DNA from: an uncultured Gemmatimonadota bacterium
GTDB taxonomy: Bacteria; JAAXHH01
DNA length: 64,000 nt
NCBI GenBank assembly: GCA_951812955.1
Contig: OX638340.1
Location: 2,656,001-2,720,000 of the forward strand
Reading direction: 5' to 3'
In this document: positions 54,839 through 62,730 of the stretch, piece by piece
How positions within the stretch are numbered: position 1 is the stretch's first letter
How the letters are laid out: the number at the start of each line of letters is the position of its first letter
Notes under the pieces: generated by a model
What the model was told of the DNA's origin: nothing
The model's input: the letters and a program-made list of their open reading frames with translations, nothing else
Databases searched by the model: none
Made by a program: the position numbers and the translations under genes

Positions 54839-54871
54839 ATGATATCTAAACCACGGAGGCGTGAAGACTGA
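54839..54871 (+). CDS. Candidate 10-codon leader peptide ORF (MISKPRRRED) upstream of pyrD
   Basis: A strong SD, AAAGGAGG, lies 5 nt before the ATG. The stop codon sits inside a 9-bp-stem hairpin. Confidence 0.3.
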   Translation: MISKPRRRED

Positions 54872-54945
54872 TCTGATCAGTTGACACGCCTCCAGACGTG
54901 ACCCGGGCGTCTTGTCTAGTGCAAGGCGTCCGGTTTTTTTGTGCT
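54855..54945 (+). promoter_or_regulatory. Attenuator-like structured leader: 9-bp-stem hairpin (GGAGGCGTG...CACGCCTCC, loop contains the palindrome ACTGATCTGATCAGT), alternative stem GTGCAAG...CTTGCAC, and a T7 run (CCGGTTTTTTTGTG) ~110 nt upstream of pyrD
   Basis: Inverted repeats and the U-run read directly from the sequence. The arrangement resembles leader-peptide or UTP-sensing attenuators of pyrimidine genes. Confidence 0.35.
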
Positions 54946-55051
54946 TGCACCTCGAACCGGGCGGATGTAGTCCTCTAGTATCGGATTGGTTTCTACCGAT
55001 GATTGCGGGCCTCCGGCGAGACATTCTTTCCACTAACCCTGTCACACTTCC

Positions 55052-56173
55052 ATGTCCATGTACCGTCTGCTTCGTCCCGTTCTTTTTCGTCTCGATCCCG
55101 AGTGGATACACCGTGCCACATTGTCCGCGGTCGGTGCGGCGGGCCGTATTCGGCCGGTGCGGGACCTGCTTCATAACCTGCTCACCGAAGAAGACTCGCG
55201 GCTGAGGGTGGAGGCTGGAGGACTTGCCTTCCCGAATCCTGTGGGACTGGCAGCCGGGTTCGACAAGAACGGCGTCGCCATGGAAGGGCTCGCGGCAGCG
55301 GGATTCGGTTTCGTAGAGGTGGGTTCGGTCTCTGCCCATCCGTCGTCGGGTAATCCGGAACGGCCCAGGCTGTTCCGGGTACCGAAGGACGAGTCGATCG
55401 TGGTCAACTACGGGGTGCCCAATGACGGCGCGGAAGCGGTGGCACGGCGGTTCGCATCCACCAGGCTGTCCGTCCCCCTCGGCATCAACCTGGTCGAAAC
55501 GAACACAGGAAGGCCGGCGGGCGCGGACGAGGTGGTGGTGGAACTGATCGAGGCGATGCGTCCCTTTCTCGGCCTCGCGGATTACGCGACGCTCAATCTG
55601 AACTGCCCCAACACGACATCGGGCCGCAGCCCTTTCGACGATCCGAACACCTTGCGGTCGCTACTCGAAGGATACGCGAAGTACGAGGCCATGCCCCCCA
55701 CCTTCCTGAAGGTGGTGCCCACCACCGATCCGGGTACGATCGAAGGAACGCTCGCGGCCATGGATTCTTTTCCCTACGTGAAGGGGATCGTGTTCGGCCT
55801 GCCGACGGGGAAACCCTATGACAACCTGAAGACGCCGCCGCAGGTCCTCGGCGCTATGCCCGGGACCCTTTGCGGCAGGCCCACGCGGGAATTGATCGAC
55901 GATTCCATTCGGGCATGGTTTGCCCGGATGGACCATGGCCGTCACGTGATCGTGGGCACCGGGGGTGTTTTCACCGCCGAAGACGTCTACCGGAAGATCC
56001 GCCTGGGCGCTACACTCGTTCAACTATACACGGCCCTGATCTATCACGGCCCGGGTCTGGTTAAGCGCATCAACCGGGGCCTGGGCAGCCTGATGGACCG
56101 GGACGGCCTGAGCCGGATTTCCGACGCTGTGGGCGTGGATAATCGGCAGAAGAGGAGTACCCTCGATGTCTGA
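55052..56173 (+). CDS. pyrD: Dihydroorotate dehydrogenase (quinone), class 2
   Basis: N-terminal amphipathic MYRLLRPVLFRLDPEWIHR (membrane/quinone site). Contains GLAAGFDKNG, NLNCPNT, GTGGVF and a C-terminal ...LYTALIYHGPGLV. Confidence 0.9.
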   Translation: MSMYRLLRPVLFRLDPEWIHRATLSAVGAAGRIRPVRDLLHNLLTEEDSRLRVEAGGLAFPNPVGLAAGFDKNGVAMEGLAAAGFGFVEVGSVSAHPSSGNPERPRLFRVPKDESIVVNYGVPNDGAEAVARRFASTRLSVPLGINLVETNTGRPAGADEVVVELIEAMRPFLGLADYATLNLNCPNTTSGRSPFDDPNTLRSLLEGYAKYEAMPPTFLKVVPTTDPGTIEGTLAAMDSFPYVKGIVFGLPTGKPYDNLKTPPQVLGAMPGTLCGRPTRELIDDSIRAWFARMDHGRHVIVGTGGVFTAEDVYRKIRLGATLVQLYTALIYHGPGLVKRINRGLGSLMDRDGLSRISDAVGVDNRQKRSTLDV

Positions 56174-57263
56174 GGTTGTGTCGTCTCTGGACGCCTTAAC
56201 GCCTGAACTGCTGACCTCTATACTCCGCAAGAACGGCAAGCTGGGACAGGGCAGGGTCCTGGGCATGAGGATTCAACCCAATCCCGCGTTCAATTCAATC
56301 GCCGCACACCTTGAGCCGGTGTACACCACGAACGCGCAGGCCGACGTTCCGAAGCGCCTGTTCATCAAGATAAATCAGACGCATGGTGGAAGGGATGAGA
56401 TCGCCTTCTATGGCCTGGTCTCCGCGCAAAAACAGCCACTTTCCATGATGATTCCGGTCATCGACGGCGCGTACGACGAGGACACGGGGGTTTCGCACTG
56501 CCTGATGCACGACGTATCCGGTACGCACCATGCACCCGTCTCCCGCGAGCGCATACTGGCTGGAGACGGCGTGCCTGAGGAAGGGGAACTGACCGGTTGT
56601 GTGGAAGCCCTGGCCGGCCTGCACGCATATTGGTGGGAACATCCGGTCCTGCGGGACGGCCCCGTAAGGACCCCGCTGCCGTTCAGGGATGAAGAACGCT
56701 ACATGGCCGAGGTGCGGGAGCAGGCGGAGGAATGGAGGCGATTCAGATCATCGGAAGCAGACGGATTATCTCGAGATTTGCTCGAACTGTACGACAGTCG
56801 AATAGAAGCGCTTCCCACGCTTTGGGACCGGTATCTAAATCACAGATTCACCCATTTCTCAAAGCTCACGGTTTGCCACTCGGATTGTTACTTCACCCAG
56901 TTCCTCTGTCCCGACGACCCGGAGGTTCACGGAACCTATCTGTCGGATTTGGAGGAGGCATGCGTCTACCTGGGCGCTGAAGACCTGGTATACCTGATCG
57001 CGACGTTTTGGACGCGTGAACAGAGACAGGAAAATGACCGGGAAATACGATGCCTGACGCGGTACTACGAGGCGCTGGTGAATCGCGGTGTTGAAAACTA
57101 CTCGTGGGACGATCTCTGCAGGGATTACCGCCTTCAACTGATCTGGCGGGTCGAACTTCCCATCTGGGATCAGCAAAACGGGAGTTCGGGGGACTACTGG
57201 CGGCCAAAGATGCAGTGTCTGGCCGACGCGTACCGCGACTGGGACTGCGCGGCGCTCCTGTAG
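56166..57263 (+). CDS. Phosphotransferase-family (CHK/APH-like kinase fold) protein; divergent paralog of 15684-16781
   Basis: LHAYWWEHP is shared with the other paralog. CHSDCYFTQF retains the HxD catalytic-loop core. Overlaps the pyrD stop by 8 nt. Confidence 0.55.
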   Translation: MSEVVSSLDALTPELLTSILRKNGKLGQGRVLGMRIQPNPAFNSIAAHLEPVYTTNAQADVPKRLFIKINQTHGGRDEIAFYGLVSAQKQPLSMMIPVIDGAYDEDTGVSHCLMHDVSGTHHAPVSRERILAGDGVPEEGELTGCVEALAGLHAYWWEHPVLRDGPVRTPLPFRDEERYMAEVREQAEEWRRFRSSEADGLSRDLLELYDSRIEALPTLWDRYLNHRFTHFSKLTVCHSDCYFTQFLCPDDPEVHGTYLSDLEEACVYLGAEDLVYLIATFWTREQRQENDREIRCLTRYYEALVNRGVENYSWDDLCRDYRLQLIWRVELPIWDQQNGSSGDYWRPKMQCLADAYRDWDCAALL

Positions 57264-57321
57264 CCGGCGCCGCTGTTACAAGCGCTTCTGTAACCCGTGG
57301 GCCAGCGATGGACAGTCCGGC

Positions 57322-58482
57322 CTAGAACGTGCCTTCCACGCTCAGCGTCGCGCCGCCGGTTCCCTCTTTTCGCATCGTGGACGAACGGATTCGCTCCTGT
57401 AGTTTTTCGTAGTACAGGTTTTCGTCCACCGGGATATCGACCAAGCCGTCCGTCCAGGCGGACAGCAACATGGCGTTGGCCAGTTCCACGCCACGGATGC
57501 CCTCGACGCCCGGCGCGATCAGCGGCGTTCCCTCGCGGATTGCGCCCACCCAGTCCCTGGTGATGCCGCGATGCTCTTCTCCGCCGCCGCGGAAGGGAAT
57601 CTCGCATTTCCAGGTCTCCGGACTGCCGAACCCGCCCTTCCATTCGCGGTTGAAGACGTTCATCGGCGTCCGGTTGCGCCAGAAGGTGATCCGGCCCTCT
57701 TCCATGACCACCTTGCCGTTGTCGCCCGTGATCTCCATACGGTTGGTGCCGGGCGATTCGCCCGTTGTCGTGATGAATACGCCGGTGGCGCCGTTTTCGT
57801 ATTCGGCATAGGCCGTCACGTCGTCTTCCACCTCGATGTCGTGGTATTTCCCGAAACCGCAGAAAGCCCGGATACGTACCGGCATGCCGCAGATCCACTG
57901 CCAGAGGTCGAGGTTGTGGGGGCACTGGTTGGCCAGCACGCCGCCGCCTTCGCCGGCCCACGTGGCGCGCCATCCGCCCGAGTCATAGTAGCTCTGCGCG
58001 CGGAACCAGTTCGTGATGATATAGTTCGTCCTGCGAAGTTCGCCCAGTTCCCCGGAATCCACCAGTTCCTTGAGCTTGCGGTGCTCCCCGAGGGTGCGCT
58101 GGTTGAACATGAGGCCGAAGACCAGGCTGCTCTTCTCCGCTGCCGCGTTCATTTCCCTGACCTGGCCGGTATACACGCCGGCCGGTTTCTCGCACAGGAC
58201 GTGGAGGCCGTGGCCAAAGGCCTTGATCGCCAGTGGCGGATGGTCGTAGTGGGGCGTGGCGATGATCACGGCGTCGATTCCGTTCGAACGCAGCAGCTCG
58301 TCCGCGTCCCTGTAGGCTTCGACGCCGTCCCCGGTCCGGGACTTCGCACGGGCCAGTTGGTCCGGATCGACGTCGCAGACGGCCTTCAACTCCGCGCCCG
58401 GTATTTCGTTCCCGGCGAGGTATTCTATGTGGAAGTTGCCCATGTTTCCGAGGCCGATGACACCTATGCGTACGCCGTCCAT
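57322..58482 (-). CDS. Gfo/Idh/MocA-family oxidoreductase
   Basis: VRIGVIGLGNMGNFHIEYL is the Rossmann N-terminus. ...LHVLCEKP... is a family hallmark. Confidence 0.85.
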   Translation of the reverse strand: MDGVRIGVIGLGNMGNFHIEYLAGNEIPGAELKAVCDVDPDQLARAKSRTGDGVEAYRDADELLRSNGIDAVIIATPHYDHPPLAIKAFGHGLHVLCEKPAGVYTGQVREMNAAAEKSSLVFGLMFNQRTLGEHRKLKELVDSGELGELRRTNYIITNWFRAQSYYDSGGWRATWAGEGGGVLANQCPHNLDLWQWICGMPVRIRAFCGFGKYHDIEVEDDVTAYAEYENGATGVFITTTGESPGTNRMEITGDNGKVVMEEGRITFWRNRTPMNVFNREWKGGFGSPETWKCEIPFRGGGEEHRGITRDWVGAIREGTPLIAPGVEGIRGVELANAMLLSAWTDGLVDIPVDENLYYEKLQERIRSSTMRKEGTGGATLSVEGTF

Positions 58483-58522
58483 TGCATACTCCTCCCAAAA
58501 CCGCGCCGGCCGGGAATTCCAT

Positions 58523-59386
58523 TCACCCGGCGAGGGCGGCCATCTTTCCGTTTCGCATCACGCTGGGGAAATGCTCGCCCGCCTGGTTCATGGGTCCGCC
58601 GTCCGGCAGGTCGACGAAGGCTTTCATCACATGCTGGCCCGAGGCGACGAAGCGGGACTCGCCGGTCATGTAATGCATGGCGATGGCGCGTCTCGGCGTC
58701 TGGGAATGGTTGAAGGGCGAGCCGTGCCAGGTCAGCGAATGGTGGAACGAGACCTCGCCGGCCTGCACAGGCCAAGGCCTGGGCTCCACGACGGAGGTTT
58801 CGGCGTCGTCTGGCGGCGAGAAGCCCTCGATCTGTCCGAAGTCCCCGGCCTGCTTCAGGTGGGCCTGCGTCCGCAGGAACTCGATCTGGTTGCCCCACCG
58901 GTGGCTGCCCGGCGTCATCCACATGCATCCGTTTTCCACCGTGGCGTCGTCCAGGGCGACCCAGGCGGAGACCGGCGTCATGGGCCGTATGATAGGCCAG
59001 AGCGGCGCGTCCTGGTGCCAGCTCGTCACACCGCCGTGTCCCGGTGGCTTGTACTGGATCTGGTCGTGCCAGACCAGAAGCTCTTCGGCCCCGGTGAGCT
59101 GGCTGATGGCTTCGACGATCAGGGGATGATGGATCAGGCGTCGGTAGGCGTCGGACACTTCCCAGATATTCACGATCTGCCATACGCAGCGTTCAGGCTC
59201 GCGTTCCCGGACCATGTTGTGAAAGAGTACCGGTCTCGGCCCTTCCTCGGGGAATCCCTCCGGACCGGTATCCAGCACGCGTTGCAATTCGTCCCTCAGT
59301 TCCTGGATCCCGGCGTCGTCCAGCACGGGGCCGCCATTGAGAAACCCGTTCCGGTGAAACTCGGCGATCTGCCGACGGTTAAGCAT
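58523..59386 (-). CDS. Phytanoyl-CoA dioxygenase (PhyH)-family Fe(II)/2OG dioxygenase
   Basis: SWHQDAPLWP (HxD) and ...SFHHSLTWHGS (distal His). Preferred start is the ATG at 59386 (MLNRRQIAEFHRNGF). Confidence 0.7.
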   Translation of the reverse strand: MLNRRQIAEFHRNGFLNGGPVLDDAGIQELRDELQRVLDTGPEGFPEEGPRPVLFHNMVREREPERCVWQIVNIWEVSDAYRRLIHHPLIVEAISQLTGAEELLVWHDQIQYKPPGHGGVTSWHQDAPLWPIIRPMTPVSAWVALDDATVENGCMWMTPGSHRWGNQIEFLRTQAHLKQAGDFGQIEGFSPPDDAETSVVEPRPWPVQAGEVSFHHSLTWHGSPFNHSQTPRRAIAMHYMTGESRFVASGQHVMKAFVDLPDGGPMNQAGEHFPSVMRNGKMAALAG

Positions 59387-59488
59387 GTCCTGGTCCTCGA
59401 ATCGTTGGGCGTCGTGAAACGGACTTCTGGTCGCGGCGCGTCGTGTACCTGTTCCTGTGGTGAGCACTGGCTTTCTGCGGTAAAAAAG

Positions 59489-60304
59489 TCAAAAATCCTT
59501 CGTGTAAATCAGGCGAACCCTGTCCGTATACCGGAAGGTATTGACTATCATGCTCCGGTCTCCTGCCCCCATGCTCCCGCGTTCCAACCTGATCAGCGTA
59601 CCAACCTGGTCACCCGTAATGGTGAACGTCAGTTCGGTGCCATCCACGGAGTAGGTGCCTGGATAGGCTCTGCCGTCAAAGTTCGTCAGGATCAGACGGT
59701 CGCGGGAAACCAGCCACTGGCCCTCGTCCCCCGTGCCGTCCGTGTACAGTCCATCGGGCCCGAACCGGATAAGGCGGAAGCCTGCCTGGTCCAGCACTTC
59801 CTCAAAATAACCGATGACCTTTCTTATGCTCTCGTCAATACGAGTTTTGCGCCTGCGCCTAACCGCCGCCTGATCGGCCTGTTCGGCCTGCTCCACCAGG
59901 TACCTGCGGATATTGTTCGGTATCTCTTCGGCGAAATCATGCCGCGCCAACCGCCAGGCACCCACCAGCGCCGGATCCATTGTGGCGGGGGCAGATCCGG
60001 ATGTACCTGATGTCCCGGATGCCTCGGGTCCCGGCGATGAAGGGAACTTCCCGGATCCTGCTACTTCAATCGCTTCCAGGATCCGATCCAGTTGCCTTTC
60101 GATCTCGTCAAAACGCCGGTCCTGCGCTCCCAGCCTGTTTTTGATTCGTGACAGCTCCCATTCGATCTGGTTGAGCTTGACCATGATCTGGCTTTGCCGG
60201 AAATCGACGGACTGATCGTCCGCGGCGGTCCGGTTCCATCCGCCGGCAAACGCGAGGAGGACGAGAATGCCTAGAGGCGGGAGTATGTACAGCAGTCGTT
60301 TCAT
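59489..60304 (-). CDS. Hypothetical secreted protein (signal peptide, coiled-coil, Ser/Gly/Thr linker, C-terminal beta-rich domain)
   Basis: MKRLLYILPPLGILVLLAFAGG is a signal peptide. A heptad-like region (IEWELSRIKNRLGAQDRRFDEIERQLDRILEAIE) follows. No family recognised. Confidence 0.5.
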   Translation of the reverse strand: MKRLLYILPPLGILVLLAFAGGWNRTAADDQSVDFRQSQIMVKLNQIEWELSRIKNRLGAQDRRFDEIERQLDRILEAIEVAGSGKFPSSPGPEASGTSGTSGSAPATMDPALVGAWRLARHDFAEEIPNNIRRYLVEQAEQADQAAVRRRRKTRIDESIRKVIGYFEEVLDQAGFRLIRFGPDGLYTDGTGDEGQWLVSRDRLILTNFDGRAYPGTYSVDGTELTFTITGDQVGTLIRLERGSMGAGDRSMIVNTFRYTDRVRLIYTKDF

Positions 60305-60390
60305 CTATTTGCCCTTTGGTATGCGCGGCGGGCTATCAATTTACCCCAAGACACGACGCTGCCAAAGCCTTTTTTGACCGAAGCCCCGTG

Positions 60391-60419
60391 TTGACATAAA
60401 CAGTGGAAAACCCTATAAT
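60391..60419 (+). promoter_or_regulatory. Perfect consensus sigma-70 promoter (TTGACA -17- TATAAT) upstream of htpG
   Basis: Read directly: TTGACAtaaacagtggaaaacccTATAAT. Confidence 0.5.
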
Positions 60420-60426
60420 ACGCATG

Positions 60427-60470
60427 TTGTCCGGCCCGACGCGTACGTAAGAATGGCCGAAGCGGGACAA
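60427..60470 (+). promoter_or_regulatory. Imperfect inverted repeat (TTGTCCGGCCCG ...N23... GCGGGACAA) overlapping the predicted transcription start of htpG; candidate repressor operator
   Basis: The arms are reverse-complementary with one mismatch. Begins 8 nt after the -10 element. Does not match CIRCE or HAIR consensus sequences. Confidence 0.3.
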
Positions 60471-60586
60471 CGCTTATCTAACAGGGAAACCAGGCAACAA
60501 CGGCAGCATCCGGAAGACGATCAGACCTGGGAAAGTATGTCGCGCCGGGAGTAAACCGCTCCCCGTTCACGAGGAAAGGCCAGACG

Positions 60587-62515
60587 ATGTCCGAAGCATC
60601 CGCCCCATCCACCGAAACCATGGAATTCAAGAGCGAGTTGAGGCAGATCCTCCACCTGATTACCCACTCGCTATATTCTCACAAGGAGATCTTCCTCCGC
60701 GAGTTGATAAGCAACGCCAGCGACGCGATCAACAAGATACGGTTCAATTCCATCAACAACAGCGATCTGCTGGACGGCGACACCGAGTGGAAAATCAGGT
60801 TGATCGTCGACAAGGACAAGAAAACCCTTACGGTTTCCGATAACGGCGCGGGGATGTCCCGCGATACCATCATCGATCAACTGGGTACGATCGCAAAGTC
60901 CGGCACGAAGGCGTTCATCGAGACCCTGCAGCAGGCCGACGAGGCCAGCCGGCCCGAACTGATCGGCCAGTTTGGCGTGGGGTTCTACTCCGCCTTCATG
61001 GTGGCCGACCGGGTCACGGTCGTTTCCCGTCTGGCCGGGGATCCGGTGGACCAGGGCGTACGCTGGGTCTCTGCGGGAGAAGGCGATTTCACGGTCAAGA
61101 TCGTGGATAAGGAGTCCCATGGCACCGACGTCACGCTCCATCTCAAGGAGGACGAGCAGGAGTTCCTGGAGGAGTGGCGGCTCCGGCTGGTCGTCAAGGA
61201 GTTCTCCGATTTCATCGAGTACCCGGTCGTCATGGACGTGGAACGGAACGAACCGGTCGAAGGGGAGGACGAAAAGACCGAGACGGTGATCCGGGAAGAA
61301 ACGCTCAACTCCATGAAGGCGCTCTGGCTGCGGTCGAAGGACGAAATCGAAGAGGACGAATACAACGCCTTCTACCGCCAGATCTCCCACGATTACGGCG
61401 ATCCGGCGAAGGTGATCCATTATACGGCCGAAGGGCTGACGGAATTCAAAGTGCTGCTCTTCATACCGGCCAAGCGTCCCTTCGACATGATGTTCGGCGA
61501 TCCCAAGGTAGGGCCCAGACTGTACGTACAGCGGGTACAGATCATGGAAAACTGCGAGGAACTGCTTCCGCCCTACCTGCGCTTAATCAAGGGCGTGGTG
61601 GACTGCGCCGACCTGCCCCTCAACGTCTCTCGCGAGATCCTGCAGCAGAATCCCATACTGGACCGCATCCGCAAGAACATCGTAAAGCGGATCTTCACCA
61701 CGCTGGAGGAGATGAAGAAGGATGAGTTCGACAAGTACGTGGATTTCTTCAAAGAGCTGGGCTTGATCCTCAAGGAAGGGATGGCGCAGGACTTCGAAAA
61801 CCGGGATACCCTCACCTCGCTTGCAGTTTACGAGTCCATGAATACCGAGGCCGGGAAGTTCATTCCCATGGACGAATACGTCGACCAGATGCCGCCCGAC
61901 CAGGAAGAGATCTACTACCTGATCGGCGAGCATCGCGGCATGCTCGAAAGGACGCCGTACCTGGAGGTTTTCCGGGACCGCGGCTGGAACGTCCTCTTCA
62001 TGACGGATCCCATCGACGAATTCGTCATGTCGTCGGTGACCGAGTACCGCGAGAAGAAGTACAAGGCGGCCAACAAGGGCGACATAGCAGCCGACGAATC
62101 CGCCAAGGCCCGCGCGGAGGACGACGAAAAGACATTCAAGGCCCTGATCGAAACGCTGAAGGGCAAAATATCGGATGTGCAGGATATCCGGTTGTCGACC
62201 CGGCTCACGGACAGCGCATCCTGCCTGGTGGCCGACGAAGGCGCCATGAGCGCCCACATGGAACGGCTCATGCAGCGCATGGGCGAAGGCGAAGGCCAGG
62301 ATTCGAAGCGCATCCTGGAACTCAATGCCGGCCATCCTGTCGTCCAGGGACTGCAGAAGCTGCACGACAGCGACAACGGCGACGCGCGCGTCGAATCCAT
62401 CGGCCGCCTGCTTTACGAACAGGCCGTCGTGGCTGAGGGGTCCAAGCTTGATGATCCGGTGGGTTTTGCGGGCCGCATCAACGAGTTGCTTGTAAAGGAG
62501 CTGATCCGGGTTTAG
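60587..62515 (+). CDS. htpG: Molecular chaperone HtpG (Hsp90)
   Basis: EFKSELRQILHLITHSLYSHKEIFLRELISNASDAINKIRF is the Hsp90 N-terminal ATPase signature. 642 aa. Collinear with bacterial HtpG. Confidence 0.9.
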   Translation: MSEASAPSTETMEFKSELRQILHLITHSLYSHKEIFLRELISNASDAINKIRFNSINNSDLLDGDTEWKIRLIVDKDKKTLTVSDNGAGMSRDTIIDQLGTIAKSGTKAFIETLQQADEASRPELIGQFGVGFYSAFMVADRVTVVSRLAGDPVDQGVRWVSAGEGDFTVKIVDKESHGTDVTLHLKEDEQEFLEEWRLRLVVKEFSDFIEYPVVMDVERNEPVEGEDEKTETVIREETLNSMKALWLRSKDEIEEDEYNAFYRQISHDYGDPAKVIHYTAEGLTEFKVLLFIPAKRPFDMMFGDPKVGPRLYVQRVQIMENCEELLPPYLRLIKGVVDCADLPLNVSREILQQNPILDRIRKNIVKRIFTTLEEMKKDEFDKYVDFFKELGLILKEGMAQDFENRDTLTSLAVYESMNTEAGKFIPMDEYVDQMPPDQEEIYYLIGEHRGMLERTPYLEVFRDRGWNVLFMTDPIDEFVMSSVTEYREKKYKAANKGDIAADESAKARAEDDEKTFKALIETLKGKISDVQDIRLSTRLTDSASCLVADEGAMSAHMERLMQRMGEGEGQDSKRILELNAGHPVVQGLQKLHDSDNGDARVESIGRLLYEQAVVAEGSKLDDPVGFAGRINELLVKELIRV

Positions 62516-62730
62516 AGGTCGGGAGACCGGGATAGCCGGCGTTTCCCATGGCACGCACGGCCGGTACGATCGGCAGGCATGGCACGCACGTCCCGCAGGC
62601 ACGGCAGGCACGCGTGGCAGGCAGGCACGACACCCACGGCAACGGCACGCACGGCCGGTCGGCACGTGGTCACGGACCGCCGTATTTCAAGCTGTCATCA
62701 AACCATTGGCATCTTCAGGTAGCTGTCATT

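Noticed and set aside
60361-60400. Sigma-32 heat-shock promoter for htpG
   Set aside because: TTGACC...CCCGTGTT resembles the sigma-32 elements, but they are only about 5 nt apart instead of 13-17. A perfect sigma-70 consensus lies immediately downstream.
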